Source: Promethearchaeota archaeon (GTDB lineage Archaea; Asgardarchaeota; Lokiarchaeia; Sigyniarchaeales; SOKP01). From it: a stretch of DNA of 64,000 nucleotides. Of this stretch, positions 29,620 through 39,098 are shown piece after piece. Location: the NCBI GenBank assembly GCA_048940645.1, contig JBHLOI010000008.1, positions 28,926 through 92,925 on the forward strand, given 5' to 3'. How positions within the stretch are numbered: position 1 is the stretch's first letter; each line of letters begins with the position of its first letter. A program made the translations under genes and the position numbers. The notes under the pieces are model-generated. The model made no database searches. It was not told the origin of the DNA and saw only the letters and a program-made list of their open reading frames with translations.

Positions 29620-31089
29620 TCAAAAATTCACCTTTAAATTATTGTGAGTATAGTTCTTTAAAAAAAAGTAATTTGAAAGGCGCATGTTTAATATTGAATC
29701 AATCTGAATAAATTCATTTGGAGAGTGTGCAAAACCACCAATACCCAAACCACCAACAATAAAATTTAATCCTAATTCTTTTTGAATTTTGCTTAGGGGA
29801 GCTGCTGCTGCGCTTAATGGCCAAATTTCTGTTTGGGCATTTAGTTTTTCAAAACTCTTGATAAGACTTCTAACAAGGTTTGAATCTTTTAAAACCCGAG
29901 AACCTTCATAACCAATCTTTTTAGTTAATTTAATATCTAATTTAGAGCGTTTAGCATAATTTTCTACAAAAATTTTAATTTCTCTATAGAGCTCAGTAAT
30001 AGAAATATCATGTGCAAATCTTATATCTATATTACATTCTGCATTATTTGGAACTATGTTTTTTGTACCTTCTTCCAAATAGCCTGATTTTAATGTGGAT
30101 ATATTAAATGTAGGATTAAACAAATAATTCATTAAACTTTCTTTTGTATCCTCTTTAAGTATCTGAGTTATACCTGCTTTTTGTTTTATATTTTCAATAT
30201 CGATTTGATTAAATAAATCTTTAACTATCTTTTCTTCCTGTTCGGAGGGAATATAGGGATTTTTTAATGAAGTAATATTAAATTTATATTCTGAATACAT
30301 TAAGTTTATTAAATTTACCAAGCTTATTGCTGGATTTGGAATCATTGAACTATATGCAGAATGAGTTTCCTTATTTTTTGATAAAATCTTTATTTTGAGT
30401 GAAAGAATACCTTTGTAGCCTAATTTAAGAACAGCTCTACCATTTAAATCTTGCTTAGCTGCTGGATAGTAGGCGTCTAAACAAGATTTCAAAATTTTCT
30501 TCTTCTTATCCAAATATTGTAATAATGAAGGTGAGCCTATTTCTTCTTCTCCATCAAATAATAATAATAGAGAAATTGGTAATTTTTCATTTTTTTTTAG
30601 AATTTTTAGTATATTCAAAAAGCATAATAATGGAGTTTTTGAATTATATGCCCCTCTTGCTATAATACATTTTCCTAATTTATCTAATGGTTCCGGAAGG
30701 ATTTTCTTCTCAGCGTTAAAAGGATTAGATATCCATTCTGTTTCATTAGTAATTGGTTGTGTATCATACATCATATAAATTAATATTGAGTCTTTAATTT
30801 GTCCCTCTACTTTTGCTAAGATTAGGGGATTAATTTCTCCCTCAAATTCCATAAGTTCCCCACAAATATCCGAGATATAAGAAAGTAAAAAATCTTTTCC
30901 TTGTTGAATTCCCTCTTTATTAAGAGTATTAGTGGGAATTTTTAAAAAAGTAATTAAATCTTTTTCAATAAATTCAGAGTTTGTTTTTTTAATTATCTCT
31001 TCTACTTTTTTATCAAATTCAACTTGCTCCATATAATAAACATTTATAGTGTTATTAATTAATTTATTTATTAGCATATCTTCTTGCAC
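29620..31089 (-). CDS. M20/ArgE-DapE family peptidase-like protein
   Basis: YDTQP, ARGA, DGEEEIGSP, AHSPNE; true start probably near 31032. Confidence 0.85.
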   Translation of the reverse strand: MQEDMLINKLINNTINVYYMEQVEFDKKVEEIIKKTNSEFIEKDLITFLKIPTNTLNKEGIQQGKDFLLSYISDICGELMEFEGEINPLILAKVEGQIKDSILIYMMYDTQPITNETEWISNPFNAEKKILPEPLDKLGKCIIARGAYNSKTPLLCFLNILKILKKNEKLPISLLLLFDGEEEIGSPSLLQYLDKKKKILKSCLDAYYPAAKQDLNGRAVLKLGYKGILSLKIKILSKNKETHSAYSSMIPNPAISLVNLINLMYSEYKFNITSLKNPYIPSEQEEKIVKDLFNQIDIENIKQKAGITQILKEDTKESLMNYLFNPTFNISTLKSGYLEEGTKNIVPNNAECNIDIRFAHDISITELYREIKIFVENYAKRSKLDIKLTKKIGYEGSRVLKDSNLVRSLIKSFEKLNAQTEIWPLSAAAAPLSKIQKELGLNFIVGGLGIGGFAHSPNEFIQIDSILNMRLSNYFFLKNYTHNNLKVNF

Positions 31090-31095
31090 TTAAAA

Positions 31096-31491
31096 ATGAA
31101 TAATATAGACCTTACTAAGGAACAGAAACTGGAAATACTGAACCAGATTTTAAATGAATTAAAGCAAAAAGGAAAGTTAAAGGGAGTAATATTTTCTTAC
31201 AGAGAGGGAGGGATTATCGCTGAAAATTTAAGTGCGAATTATTTAGAATTTAATAGTGATGAATATTCCTCAATGTGTGCCTCCGTTTTAGAAAGTGCTT
31301 TAGGTTTAGGAAGGACAATAGCAGGAAAAAAGTTTAATAAGATTATTGCTGAGCTGGATAAAGATACTATCATACTAATTGAATGCGATGATAAGACGTT
31401 TCTTTCATTCATTTTAAACGATATATCTAAAATAAATCCCATATTAGATGAGATTGAAAGATATATTCAAAAAATAATCTTTTTATATTAA
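31096..31491 (+). CDS. divergent roadblock/LC7 domain protein
   Basis: GVIFSYREGGIIA..YSSMCASVL..LG..IIAEL. Confidence 0.75.
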   Translation: MNNIDLTKEQKLEILNQILNELKQKGKLKGVIFSYREGGIIAENLSANYLEFNSDEYSSMCASVLESALGLGRTIAGKKFNKIIAELDKDTIILIECDDKTFLSFILNDISKINPILDEIERYIQKIIFLY

Positions 31492-31494
31492 ATC

Positions 31495-32766
31495 TTATCT
31501 GGAATCTATAAACTTCAAATATTCCATACAGATTTGAACAGCTTGTCCTAATGCTTCCTCTTCAATAACTTTAGGAGTATCATTTCTTGTGTGATAATAA
31601 GGAGCAAGTTCTTCTTTAAGATTTAATCCTCCCAAACAAGTGGCAGGAATTTCTTTTTTGCTAAATGCTGCTGCATCAGTTGCCCCAAATGGAAGTGAAG
31701 CCATCTTAGCTTTATTGTTAATGTCTTTGGCTATTTTATATAACGATTTAACAACTTCAGGATTATGTTTTGCACCAATTCCAGATTCTTTATCAATAAC
31801 TATGATAATATCTTTTTTTGCTAATCCATCCATATTGATAACAATAGCTTCAGTTTCTTTAAGTTCTTTAAAATGAGACTGAATATATCTTTTTGAACCT
31901 CTTAATCCAGCTTCTTCACCAGCAAAGGATATCAGATGAATTCTAGTGTGTTTGGGAAAGATCTTATCATTAGTTTTATTCTCATTCAAATACCTCCCAA
32001 TCCCCAAGACCACAGCAACACCAGATAAATTATCAAAAGCTCCTAGCACCGGGCGATAACTATGAAAAAATATATAAACAAATGCTATTGGGGTAAAGAT
32101 TAAAAATAAAATACCAAAAGAAAAGAAAATGACTACGAAATCAACAATATTAGTTAGCAAATGAAAGATAATTTTTACAATAATTACTATAAATATAATT
32201 ACAACAGCTAAATAGCCCAGATTAATAATTACTTGTCCAGTACGTCCCAAATAATAAAAGGTATTAAATTCAAAGGCAGAATCATGATGTGCAGAAAAAA
32301 TTATCGTATTTTTTATTTTTCCAGAGGGATTTATTGTACCAATTATATTCTTTGATTCTCTCTTTGGGAAAAGGAAATCAAATACTTCATGATATTTCAT
32401 CACATTCAAGATAAAATAGCTAATTGTAAGAGTAACTATGATAAGAGCAATGATTATCAGTAATAAACCATAAAATGATTCTAATTGTAGAATATTAAGA
32501 TCGATTAATAGAGAAAGCCAATACAAAATAATAGAACCTAATGCCAATATAGCACCATATCTTATACCTCCAAGAAAAGCATGAGGATGGCTAATATATT
32601 CTTCTTGATGGGTCTCATCACAATATTTTTTCAATTCTTCTTCAATTTTATTGCCAGCAAGAATTTCTTGTTCTGTTCCAGATTCTCGGGGTCCTATTGT
32701 AGTACACACATCTTCAATGAATTTATGCATATATTTAATTAATGTCTGATCCATTTTTTCTATCAT
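31495..32766 (-). CDS. M28 family peptidase with inserted TM helices
   Basis: SAHHDS, GAFDNLSG, GEEAGLRGS, INMD, TDA, YHT..D. Confidence 0.9.
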   Translation of the reverse strand: MIEKMDQTLIKYMHKFIEDVCTTIGPRESGTEQEILAGNKIEEELKKYCDETHQEEYISHPHAFLGGIRYGAILALGSIILYWLSLLIDLNILQLESFYGLLLIIIALIIVTLTISYFILNVMKYHEVFDFLFPKRESKNIIGTINPSGKIKNTIIFSAHHDSAFEFNTFYYLGRTGQVIINLGYLAVVIIFIVIIVKIIFHLLTNIVDFVVIFFSFGILFLIFTPIAFVYIFFHSYRPVLGAFDNLSGVAVVLGIGRYLNENKTNDKIFPKHTRIHLISFAGEEAGLRGSKRYIQSHFKELKETEAIVINMDGLAKKDIIIVIDKESGIGAKHNPEVVKSLYKIAKDINNKAKMASLPFGATDAAAFSKKEIPATCLGGLNLKEELAPYYHTRNDTPKVIEEEALGQAVQICMEYLKFIDSR

Positions 32767-32879
32767 CTATATCTTCATATAATTATATAGAGAAAAAATA
32801 ACACTAAAATAAAAGTTCCCAAAATTGAAATTGATGGAATAAAATTTCCCCAAAAAAGTCTAAGCGTTAAAAAAACCAG

Positions 32880-34307
32880 TTAAATTAGATTTAGCCAATT
32901 CGGTTCGATTTTATTTAAAGTAGTTTCAATTTCTTTTCTGATTTCGAACTGATCATCTCCTAAGGCTTGGACAAGCAAATTCATAGCTTTTTTATTTCCG
33001 ATTTTTCCTAATGCTTTTACAGCTGACATTCTTATTTTTGGATTTTCATCTTTTAATTTAACTTCTAATGCTTCAAATATTTTATCGCTTTTAAGATTTC
33101 CAAGTGCTTTAATAGCCCAACTTCTAATATAAACGTCTTCATCATTAAGGCTTTTAATTAGTGGATCTATTGCTTCCTCAGTTCCAATTTTTCTTAAAAG
33201 ATCAACAACAGACCTTCGAATTCTCCAATCTGGGTTTTCTAAAAATTTTATAGAAATTTCAATTATCTTTTTCCCACCAAGCTTAGATAATGCTTCAATT
33301 GCAGCTCTTCTAACTGAGCCTTTCGTGTTTTTTAACAGTTTAAAAAGAGAATTAATATTTGAATCATCACCAATTGTTCCTATAATTCTCGCGCAATATC
33401 TTCTAATTTGCCATTCTTTGGCTTCCAAACCTTGAAGAATTGAGTCATCTATTATTTTCTTAGCTTTTGAAATCTTTATTATAACGTTAAAGGTTATTCT
33501 TCTAATTTTAGTGTTTGTGCTATTAAGTAATCTAATTAAATATTTAATAGAATCAGGATTTTGTATCAATCCAATTAACTTTATAACCTCTAAACGCAAG
33601 ATAGAATTTTTACTTCTTAGAATACTATAAAGAATTCTTAAAGATTTTTCATTTTTTAAAATTCTATATAGAGCTCTAACGGTACGTGTTCTTATTTCTG
33701 GTTCTGGATCTTTCAACAATTCTAATAATGGTTTAACTGTGCTTATATCACCTAAATTACCTAAGACTCTAATTATGGTCTTCCTAACATCAAGATTTTC
33801 ATCATTTAATTTTTTTATTAGATGGTTTAAATCTTTTGGTTCAATTAAATTTTGTAAAGCCTTAATAGCATTTTTTCTAACAATGGGGCTCTTATCATTT
33901 AACTGCTTAATAAGAATTTTTACAGCATTTTTATCTCCTATTCTACCTAATATTATAGGAATAGATTTTTTTACATTGATATTGCCCTTATCATGGAATT
34001 CAATAATTTCTTCCAAATCAGCGTTTTTAGCAATTTTGACTATATTCGAAATTAAATCATCATAAATTTCTAATCTATATTGGGTTAATTCTATTAAAGG
34101 TTTTAATGCTTCAACGACACTATTTTGTCCCAAATACCTAATAGCAAAAATTTTATTCTCAACATCAGGATCCTTTAAAGCTTCTATATAAAGAGGAACA
34201 TATTCTTCTATATTTTGGTCTTGGGCACTTTTAAGAATTTCTTTTCTAACTTTACCATCCTTTTCGTGAGTATATTGATATAATAAGTCATTTTCATTTA
34301 AAATCAA
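32880..34307 (-). CDS. HEAT-repeat (PBS lyase-like) protein
   Basis: more than 12 LxDxxxxVRxxAxxALGxIG repeats. Confidence 0.92.
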   Translation of the reverse strand: MILNENDLLYQYTHEKDGKVRKEILKSAQDQNIEEYVPLYIEALKDPDVENKIFAIRYLGQNSVVEALKPLIELTQYRLEIYDDLISNIVKIAKNADLEEIIEFHDKGNINVKKSIPIILGRIGDKNAVKILIKQLNDKSPIVRKNAIKALQNLIEPKDLNHLIKKLNDENLDVRKTIIRVLGNLGDISTVKPLLELLKDPEPEIRTRTVRALYRILKNEKSLRILYSILRSKNSILRLEVIKLIGLIQNPDSIKYLIRLLNSTNTKIRRITFNVIIKISKAKKIIDDSILQGLEAKEWQIRRYCARIIGTIGDDSNINSLFKLLKNTKGSVRRAAIEALSKLGGKKIIEISIKFLENPDWRIRRSVVDLLRKIGTEEAIDPLIKSLNDEDVYIRSWAIKALGNLKSDKIFEALEVKLKDENPKIRMSAVKALGKIGNKKAMNLLVQALGDDQFEIRKEIETTLNKIEPNWLNLI

Positions 34308-34423
34308 ATGCCTTAACCCTTTGGTTTGTATGTTTAGAAATGAAAATAGCTAAGCAAGAATATTATAAAACTAAATTTATTTATTCTTTTATTTTTCAAA
34401 AAATCAGACTAAGGAATTTATTT

Positions 34424-34960
34424 TTAAGTAACTTTAGCAAAATTATATTGATTATCCTTTTTATCAACTAATTTGAATAAACCTTCTGAAGTTAGATTCT
34501 CTAGTATTTCATTTTCTTTCATATGATGATCATCAAAAGAAAGAATTGACTCCGGTTTTAAAACTCGATGAAATTCTTTTAAAATACAGTTTTTATCTTC
34601 AATACCATGTAACATATCAAAACAAATAATAACGTCAATACTATTAGGGTCTAATCCGGTCTTGCAATCTGTTTGAATGGTGTTAATATTTTTTAGATTT
34701 TTTTTCAAAGCTCGTTTATTCACTTCCTTGATTGCAGAAAGGTGAATATCAGCGGCATAAATCTTTCCAGACGACCCCACAATTTCAGAAGCAGCTATAG
34801 AGTAACTACCTGGTCCGCAACCATAATCAAGGACAACATCCCCAGGCTTTATTTCTGCTATTTCTACTTTTTTGATAGGCGATTTAAAAAAATCACGAAT
34901 TTTAAAGAGGAATGACATAAATTTAAAATCTAATTTAGATTTTTTTTTATTTTGACTCAT
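34424..34960 (-). CDS. class I SAM-dependent methyltransferase
   Basis: VLDYGCGPG, YAADI, EFHRVLKP. Confidence 0.9.
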   Translation of the reverse strand: MSQNKKKSKLDFKFMSFLFKIRDFFKSPIKKVEIAEIKPGDVVLDYGCGPGSYSIAASEIVGSSGKIYAADIHLSAIKEVNKRALKKNLKNINTIQTDCKTGLDPNSIDVIICFDMLHGIEDKNCILKEFHRVLKPESILSFDDHHMKENEILENLTSEGLFKLVDKKDNQYNFAKVT

Positions 34961-34961
34961 T

Positions 34962-35219
34962 TTAATTCTCTCCATTTTTACTTTTTCTTAATTTATTATT
35001 GCTATCTAATTCAAATGCTTCAAAAAACTTCATAGCAAAATTCTTTAACTCTGTAGCTTTCATTATTCCAATTCCCTTATTGATATCTCCAAAAACAAGT
35101 AATTGATCTCCTGGTTCTATTTTAAAAACTCTTCTTGCTTTTGATGGAATAACTATCTGGCCTCTTTCACCTACTTTTACAGAACCAAAGAAATATTTAT
35201 CTTTTGTAAACTTGCTCAT
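34962..35219 (-). CDS. AbrB/MazE/SpoVT family DNA-binding protein
   Basis: SVKVGERGQIVIPSKAR..F.I.PGD. Confidence 0.92.
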   Translation of the reverse strand: MSKFTKDKYFFGSVKVGERGQIVIPSKARRVFKIEPGDQLLVFGDINKGIGIMKATELKNFAMKFFEAFELDSNNKLRKSKNGEN

Positions 35220-35348
35220 TTTAAATGATCCTTTTTATCATATAATTCATGTTTTTCATATTAATTGAATTAATCATGTATATTTAAATTTTATTAAATT
35301 TGAAATTAATTAGAAAATTATTTGAATATTTGCTTAATTGGAATTATT

Positions 35349-35792
35349 ATGAATAAAATCGAAAAGGCTATTTCCTTATTTAGTCAAGGACATAATTGTG
35401 CTCAAGCTGTCCTTAAAGCATATGGTACCCAGTATGGTCTTGATGGAGATTTAGCATTTAAAATAACAAGCACACTGGGAGGCGGTTTAGCTAGATCTGG
35501 AAATACCTGTGGAGCAGTTACAGGAGCATTGATGGCTTTAGGTTTAAGATATAGAAATTTGAATGTTGAGGATAAAGAAAATAGAGAATTAACATATGAA
35601 ACAGGTATGAATTTTATTAAACAATTCAGAAGTATTTATGGAACAATTAAATGTAAAGAACTCCTTGGTTGTGATATAAGTACTCTTGAAGGACGAGAAA
35701 AGGCTAATAATAACAATCTCTTTGAAGAATTATGCCCCAAATTTGTTAAAAGTGCAGCTGAAATTTTGGAAACCGTTCTAAACATGAAATAA
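35349..35792 (+). CDS. C-GCAxxG-C-C family putative redox protein
   Basis: NCAQAV, GGG..G.TCGAVTG, C.ELLG, C..FV. Confidence 0.9.
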   Translation: MNKIEKAISLFSQGHNCAQAVLKAYGTQYGLDGDLAFKITSTLGGGLARSGNTCGAVTGALMALGLRYRNLNVEDKENRELTYETGMNFIKQFRSIYGTIKCKELLGCDISTLEGREKANNNNLFEELCPKFVKSAAEILETVLNMK

Positions 35793-35810
35793 TTAAATCT
35801 AATAAAGCTT

Positions 35811-36281
35811 ATGTCAAATAATAGGAATTCCTCCTCAAAAGATATGGTAACCGGTTATATCAAGGATTTACATATTGTTTATGACAATAAAGAAAAAGTT
35901 GGAATATGTTTTAAACTTCAACGTGATGGAAATCCTTTGGATATCCTAGGTGTGTTAGATTTTTTAAAGTACAAAATAAAAAAATGGAGAAATACGAATA
36001 TATTCAGTTACCAAGGAAAACTCTTTAATGAAGAAATCATTCTTGTTATAGGATCAAATACCATTGAAGAAGCGAAAGATATTGTAGTATTCATCTTTTT
36101 AAATGATATTTTAAACAAAAAAAAAGATATTTTAAGGATTTTAGATGATTGGGATTCTAATAATGACCTTGAGCAATATTTGATTAATGAAATTTTAAAA
36201 AATTTAGAAAAAGGTTATCCTTATGATCCTAATGTAGAGAGCGAGATTAGCAATCATATTGAGAAATTAATGAAAGATTAA
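35811..36281 (+). CDS. hypothetical protein
   Basis: 156-aa ORF in a co-directional run. Confidence 0.7.
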   Translation: MSNNRNSSSKDMVTGYIKDLHIVYDNKEKVGICFKLQRDGNPLDILGVLDFLKYKIKKWRNTNIFSYQGKLFNEEIILVIGSNTIEEAKDIVVFIFLNDILNKKKDILRILDDWDSNNDLEQYLINEILKNLEKGYPYDPNVESEISNHIEKLMKD

Positions 36282-36310
36282 TCAAATGCTTTTATTTTTA
36301 TTGAAAAAAT

Positions 36311-37168
36311 ATGATAAAATATAACATTAGAGAACCAAGTAATATAGAAATTTATAAAAGTATTGGGGTTCTATATTCTTCTTTTGGAAGAACTCTTAAT
36401 AAGAGGACTAATGAAGAGGAAGAGAAAGCTTGGAGAGCAGTAATTAAAAATAATATTGGAAAATTTCTCATTTCTGAAGAAAATGGAAAGATATTTGGCA
36501 TTGGTGGAGTGTTTATATTCGGAGATGTATGTACTTTTGGCTATATGGGTGTACTACCAGAATATAGGGGGAAGGGAGTTGGTAGTAAAATTTTTGGTGA
36601 ACTACTTAAATTAGCAAAGGATTTGGGGTGCACAACAATGATACTTTATGCCTCAAAATTAGGAGAGCCAATATATAAAAAGTTTGGTTTTAAAAGAAGT
36701 TTTTATGGAGTAATGTATCAATTACCAGTAAATTTACCAGAATTACGAATTACTAATAAAGAGGTTAAGGTATTAAGTGATTTTCCAAATTGGTTATTAA
36801 GCTTAGACAAAGAAACCATGGGATTTGAGAGATCACGATATTTATACGTGAAACAAAATCTTGGAAGTAAAATTCTCGCACTAGAGGGTGAGGCCTATGG
36901 ACTGTTATCTCAAATTTCTTCAAAAATAAGAATAGGACCAATAATCTCGACAAATTTGGATGGTGCATTGCTAATTATTAAAAAGGGCATAACTTTAGGT
37001 GCTACTCAAATTATCATCACTAAACATCAATCTTTGTCAAAGGAAATATTCGAATTAATTGAATTGACTGAAATTGAGAATGGCGCAAGTTTAAAAATGA
37101 CGTACGGAAAAAATCTTTCAGAAAATTTAGATTTATTGTACGCAATAGGTACTTTTGCAAAAAGTTAA
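36311..37168 (+). CDS. GNAT family N-acetyltransferase
   Basis: VLPEYRGKGVGS, LYAS..G..IY.KFGF. Confidence 0.9.
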   Translation: MIKYNIREPSNIEIYKSIGVLYSSFGRTLNKRTNEEEEKAWRAVIKNNIGKFLISEENGKIFGIGGVFIFGDVCTFGYMGVLPEYRGKGVGSKIFGELLKLAKDLGCTTMILYASKLGEPIYKKFGFKRSFYGVMYQLPVNLPELRITNKEVKVLSDFPNWLLSLDKETMGFERSRYLYVKQNLGSKILALEGEAYGLLSQISSKIRIGPIISTNLDGALLIIKKGITLGATQIIITKHQSLSKEIFELIELTEIENGASLKMTYGKNLSENLDLLYAIGTFAKS

Positions 37169-37182
37169 ATGGGGGGAAATTA

Positions 37183-37803
37183 ATTAACAAATCGGGATTT
37201 AATGAACAATTAGTATTTTTCTTAAAAATCACGTGTATTTTTCTAGTAGTACCTGTTACTGGCACACTCCTCCATGAATTGGGGCATTATCTTGCAGCCA
37301 TAATCAATGGGTTTGATGCTCAAATCCATTACTCCTATACGACTTCCACAATCAATCCTACTAGTGAAGCAGCCATTTATTTTTATTACATTTTAGCAGG
37401 TCCGATATCAACTTGGGTTCAATGTCTAATCCCTTTTTTCTTGCTATTGATACTTTATAATAAAAATAGAATAGAGAAAATGATTGGAAAGCAATTTTTC
37501 GACAAGTTTTTTACATTATGCTTGTTTTTCATATCAATGGCGGGAAGGTTTCTTTTTAACGCAATGACCTATATATTTACTCACTCAAAATCTATTGACG
37601 AATATAAAATGGCTGATTATCTAATGATACATCCAGAAATATTTTTAATTCTATTTGCGGCAATTGCATTAATTATACTTTTTATTGTTATCTATAAAAT
37701 TCCTAAGAATAGAAGGGTATCTACAGTAATAGGAGCTATAATTGGCTCTTTTATCGGATATTCTTTATGGAATTTCATTTTAGGGCCAATAATTTTACCA
37801 TGA
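37183..37803 (+). CDS. M50-like membrane zinc metalloprotease, probable ATT start
   Basis: frame open upstream of the ORF-track start giving TM + LLHELGH (HExxH); later ILAGP and a distal Asp. Confidence 0.75.
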   Translation: MNKSGFNEQLVFFLKITCIFLVVPVTGTLLHELGHYLAAIINGFDAQIHYSYTTSTINPTSEAAIYFYYILAGPISTWVQCLIPFFLLLILYNKNRIEKMIGKQFFDKFFTLCLFFISMAGRFLFNAMTYIFTHSKSIDEYKMADYLMIHPEIFLILFAAIALIILFIVIYKIPKNRRVSTVIGAIIGSFIGYSLWNFILGPIILP

Positions 37804-37862
37804 AATAATTAGTTATAGTACATAAATATAATTTTTAAAGTCTATTAAATCAATATAATATT

Positions 37863-38129
37863 ATGAGTGAAGAACAAAATCGATTTAATCCTGCTGAAAA
37901 GGTAGTATTGGTTACTGGCATCATCTTAATCATTTTAGCCTTTATAAGTGAATTTAATTTCCATTATTTTCAAGGATTTATGCCTGAAGCAATGGATCCA
38001 GATATTTTTTGGAGAGCAGAAGCTGCTGAAGTATTTAATTCCATGAGTTTTCTTACTTTAGGTTTTATTTTGATTATAATTTCTTTTAAGCTTTCAAAAA
38101 AAAGAAGAACTCTCCAACCAATTGAATAG
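37863..38129 (+). CDS. small two-TM membrane protein
   Basis: two hydrophobic helices, basic tail. Confidence 0.65.
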   Translation: MSEEQNRFNPAEKVVLVTGIILIILAFISEFNFHYFQGFMPEAMDPDIFWRAEAAEVFNSMSFLTLGFILIIISFKLSKKRRTLQPIE

Positions 38130-38259
38130 AATCGATAAATTAGTGTATATAATACCCGTATAGTCGAAACGGCTTGTTCTAAATTTTTTATTTTCAAAAA
38201 ATTTTTATATTTTTGTATATACATTTCTGTAATCACTAAAAAATTTCAAGAGTCACATT

Positions 38260-38892
38260 ATGGAATCCAAAAATGAGATAAAAAAAACAACTGATTTTAA
38301 AAAAAAATATTTTATAATACCTTATGCAGTTATCTGGGTTATTATTATAGCTTTAAATGCAGTTATACTACCCTTAATATTAATGGTATGGTTAGATTTT
38401 ATTCCTTTGTCTGAATCGATTTTACTCTTTCGATTTGCATATTATATATTCATTATATCTCCAATCATAAAAATAGGCTTTGAAGCATATGAAATAGTTA
38501 GATTTGGTTTATTTTTAAAATCGGATAAAAAAGATAAAGAAAGTGCTAATAAAGTAGCCAGGGGATTTATTGTGACTAGAATATTTAGAAACTATTACCT
38601 CGTAGTTATAATAACATTAGTTGTAATATCGGAAATTTTCGAATTTATTGCAAAAGTTCCGTTCGCCAGTTTCCCTAGGGAATACGAATTCTTAATGTTT
38701 TATATGTGGTTTGCGATCCTACTCATTATTGATATATTTCTTATGGCTGCTGGTCCACATTTGATCAAATTCTCGATAGATTATACAGATAAAATAAAAA
38801 AAGTTAAAGCAATAGTATGGCCAATTGTTTGGATAATTGTATTAGTTATCATATTCAACATTGATTTCTTTATACCGTTCTTTGCACCGTAA
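38260..38892 (+). CDS. hypothetical membrane protein
   Basis: about 5 TM helices. Confidence 0.7.
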   Translation: MESKNEIKKTTDFKKKYFIIPYAVIWVIIIALNAVILPLILMVWLDFIPLSESILLFRFAYYIFIISPIIKIGFEAYEIVRFGLFLKSDKKDKESANKVARGFIVTRIFRNYYLVVIITLVVISEIFEFIAKVPFASFPREYEFLMFYMWFAILLIIDIFLMAAGPHLIKFSIDYTDKIKKVKAIVWPIVWIIVLVIIFNIDFFIPFFAP

Positions 38893-39098
38893 ATCATAGT
38901 GTAAATTAATATAGATATTTTTTACATCTATTTCAACTCTTTTTTTTCATTACTATTTTATTATTAATTTTATGAATTGTATATAATACTTGTTTCTATT
39001 CAGAATTAAGCTTTATTTTTAAAAAAGAAATATTCAATAGTTTAATGAATTTATAAAAAATATACTAAAATCATAACTTTACTAAAGTTTATTTGAGT

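Noticed and set aside
34424-35219. Toxin-antitoxin pair (AbrB/MazE)
   Set aside because: The downstream gene is a SAM methyltransferase, not a toxin; this is an ordinary regulator-enzyme operon.
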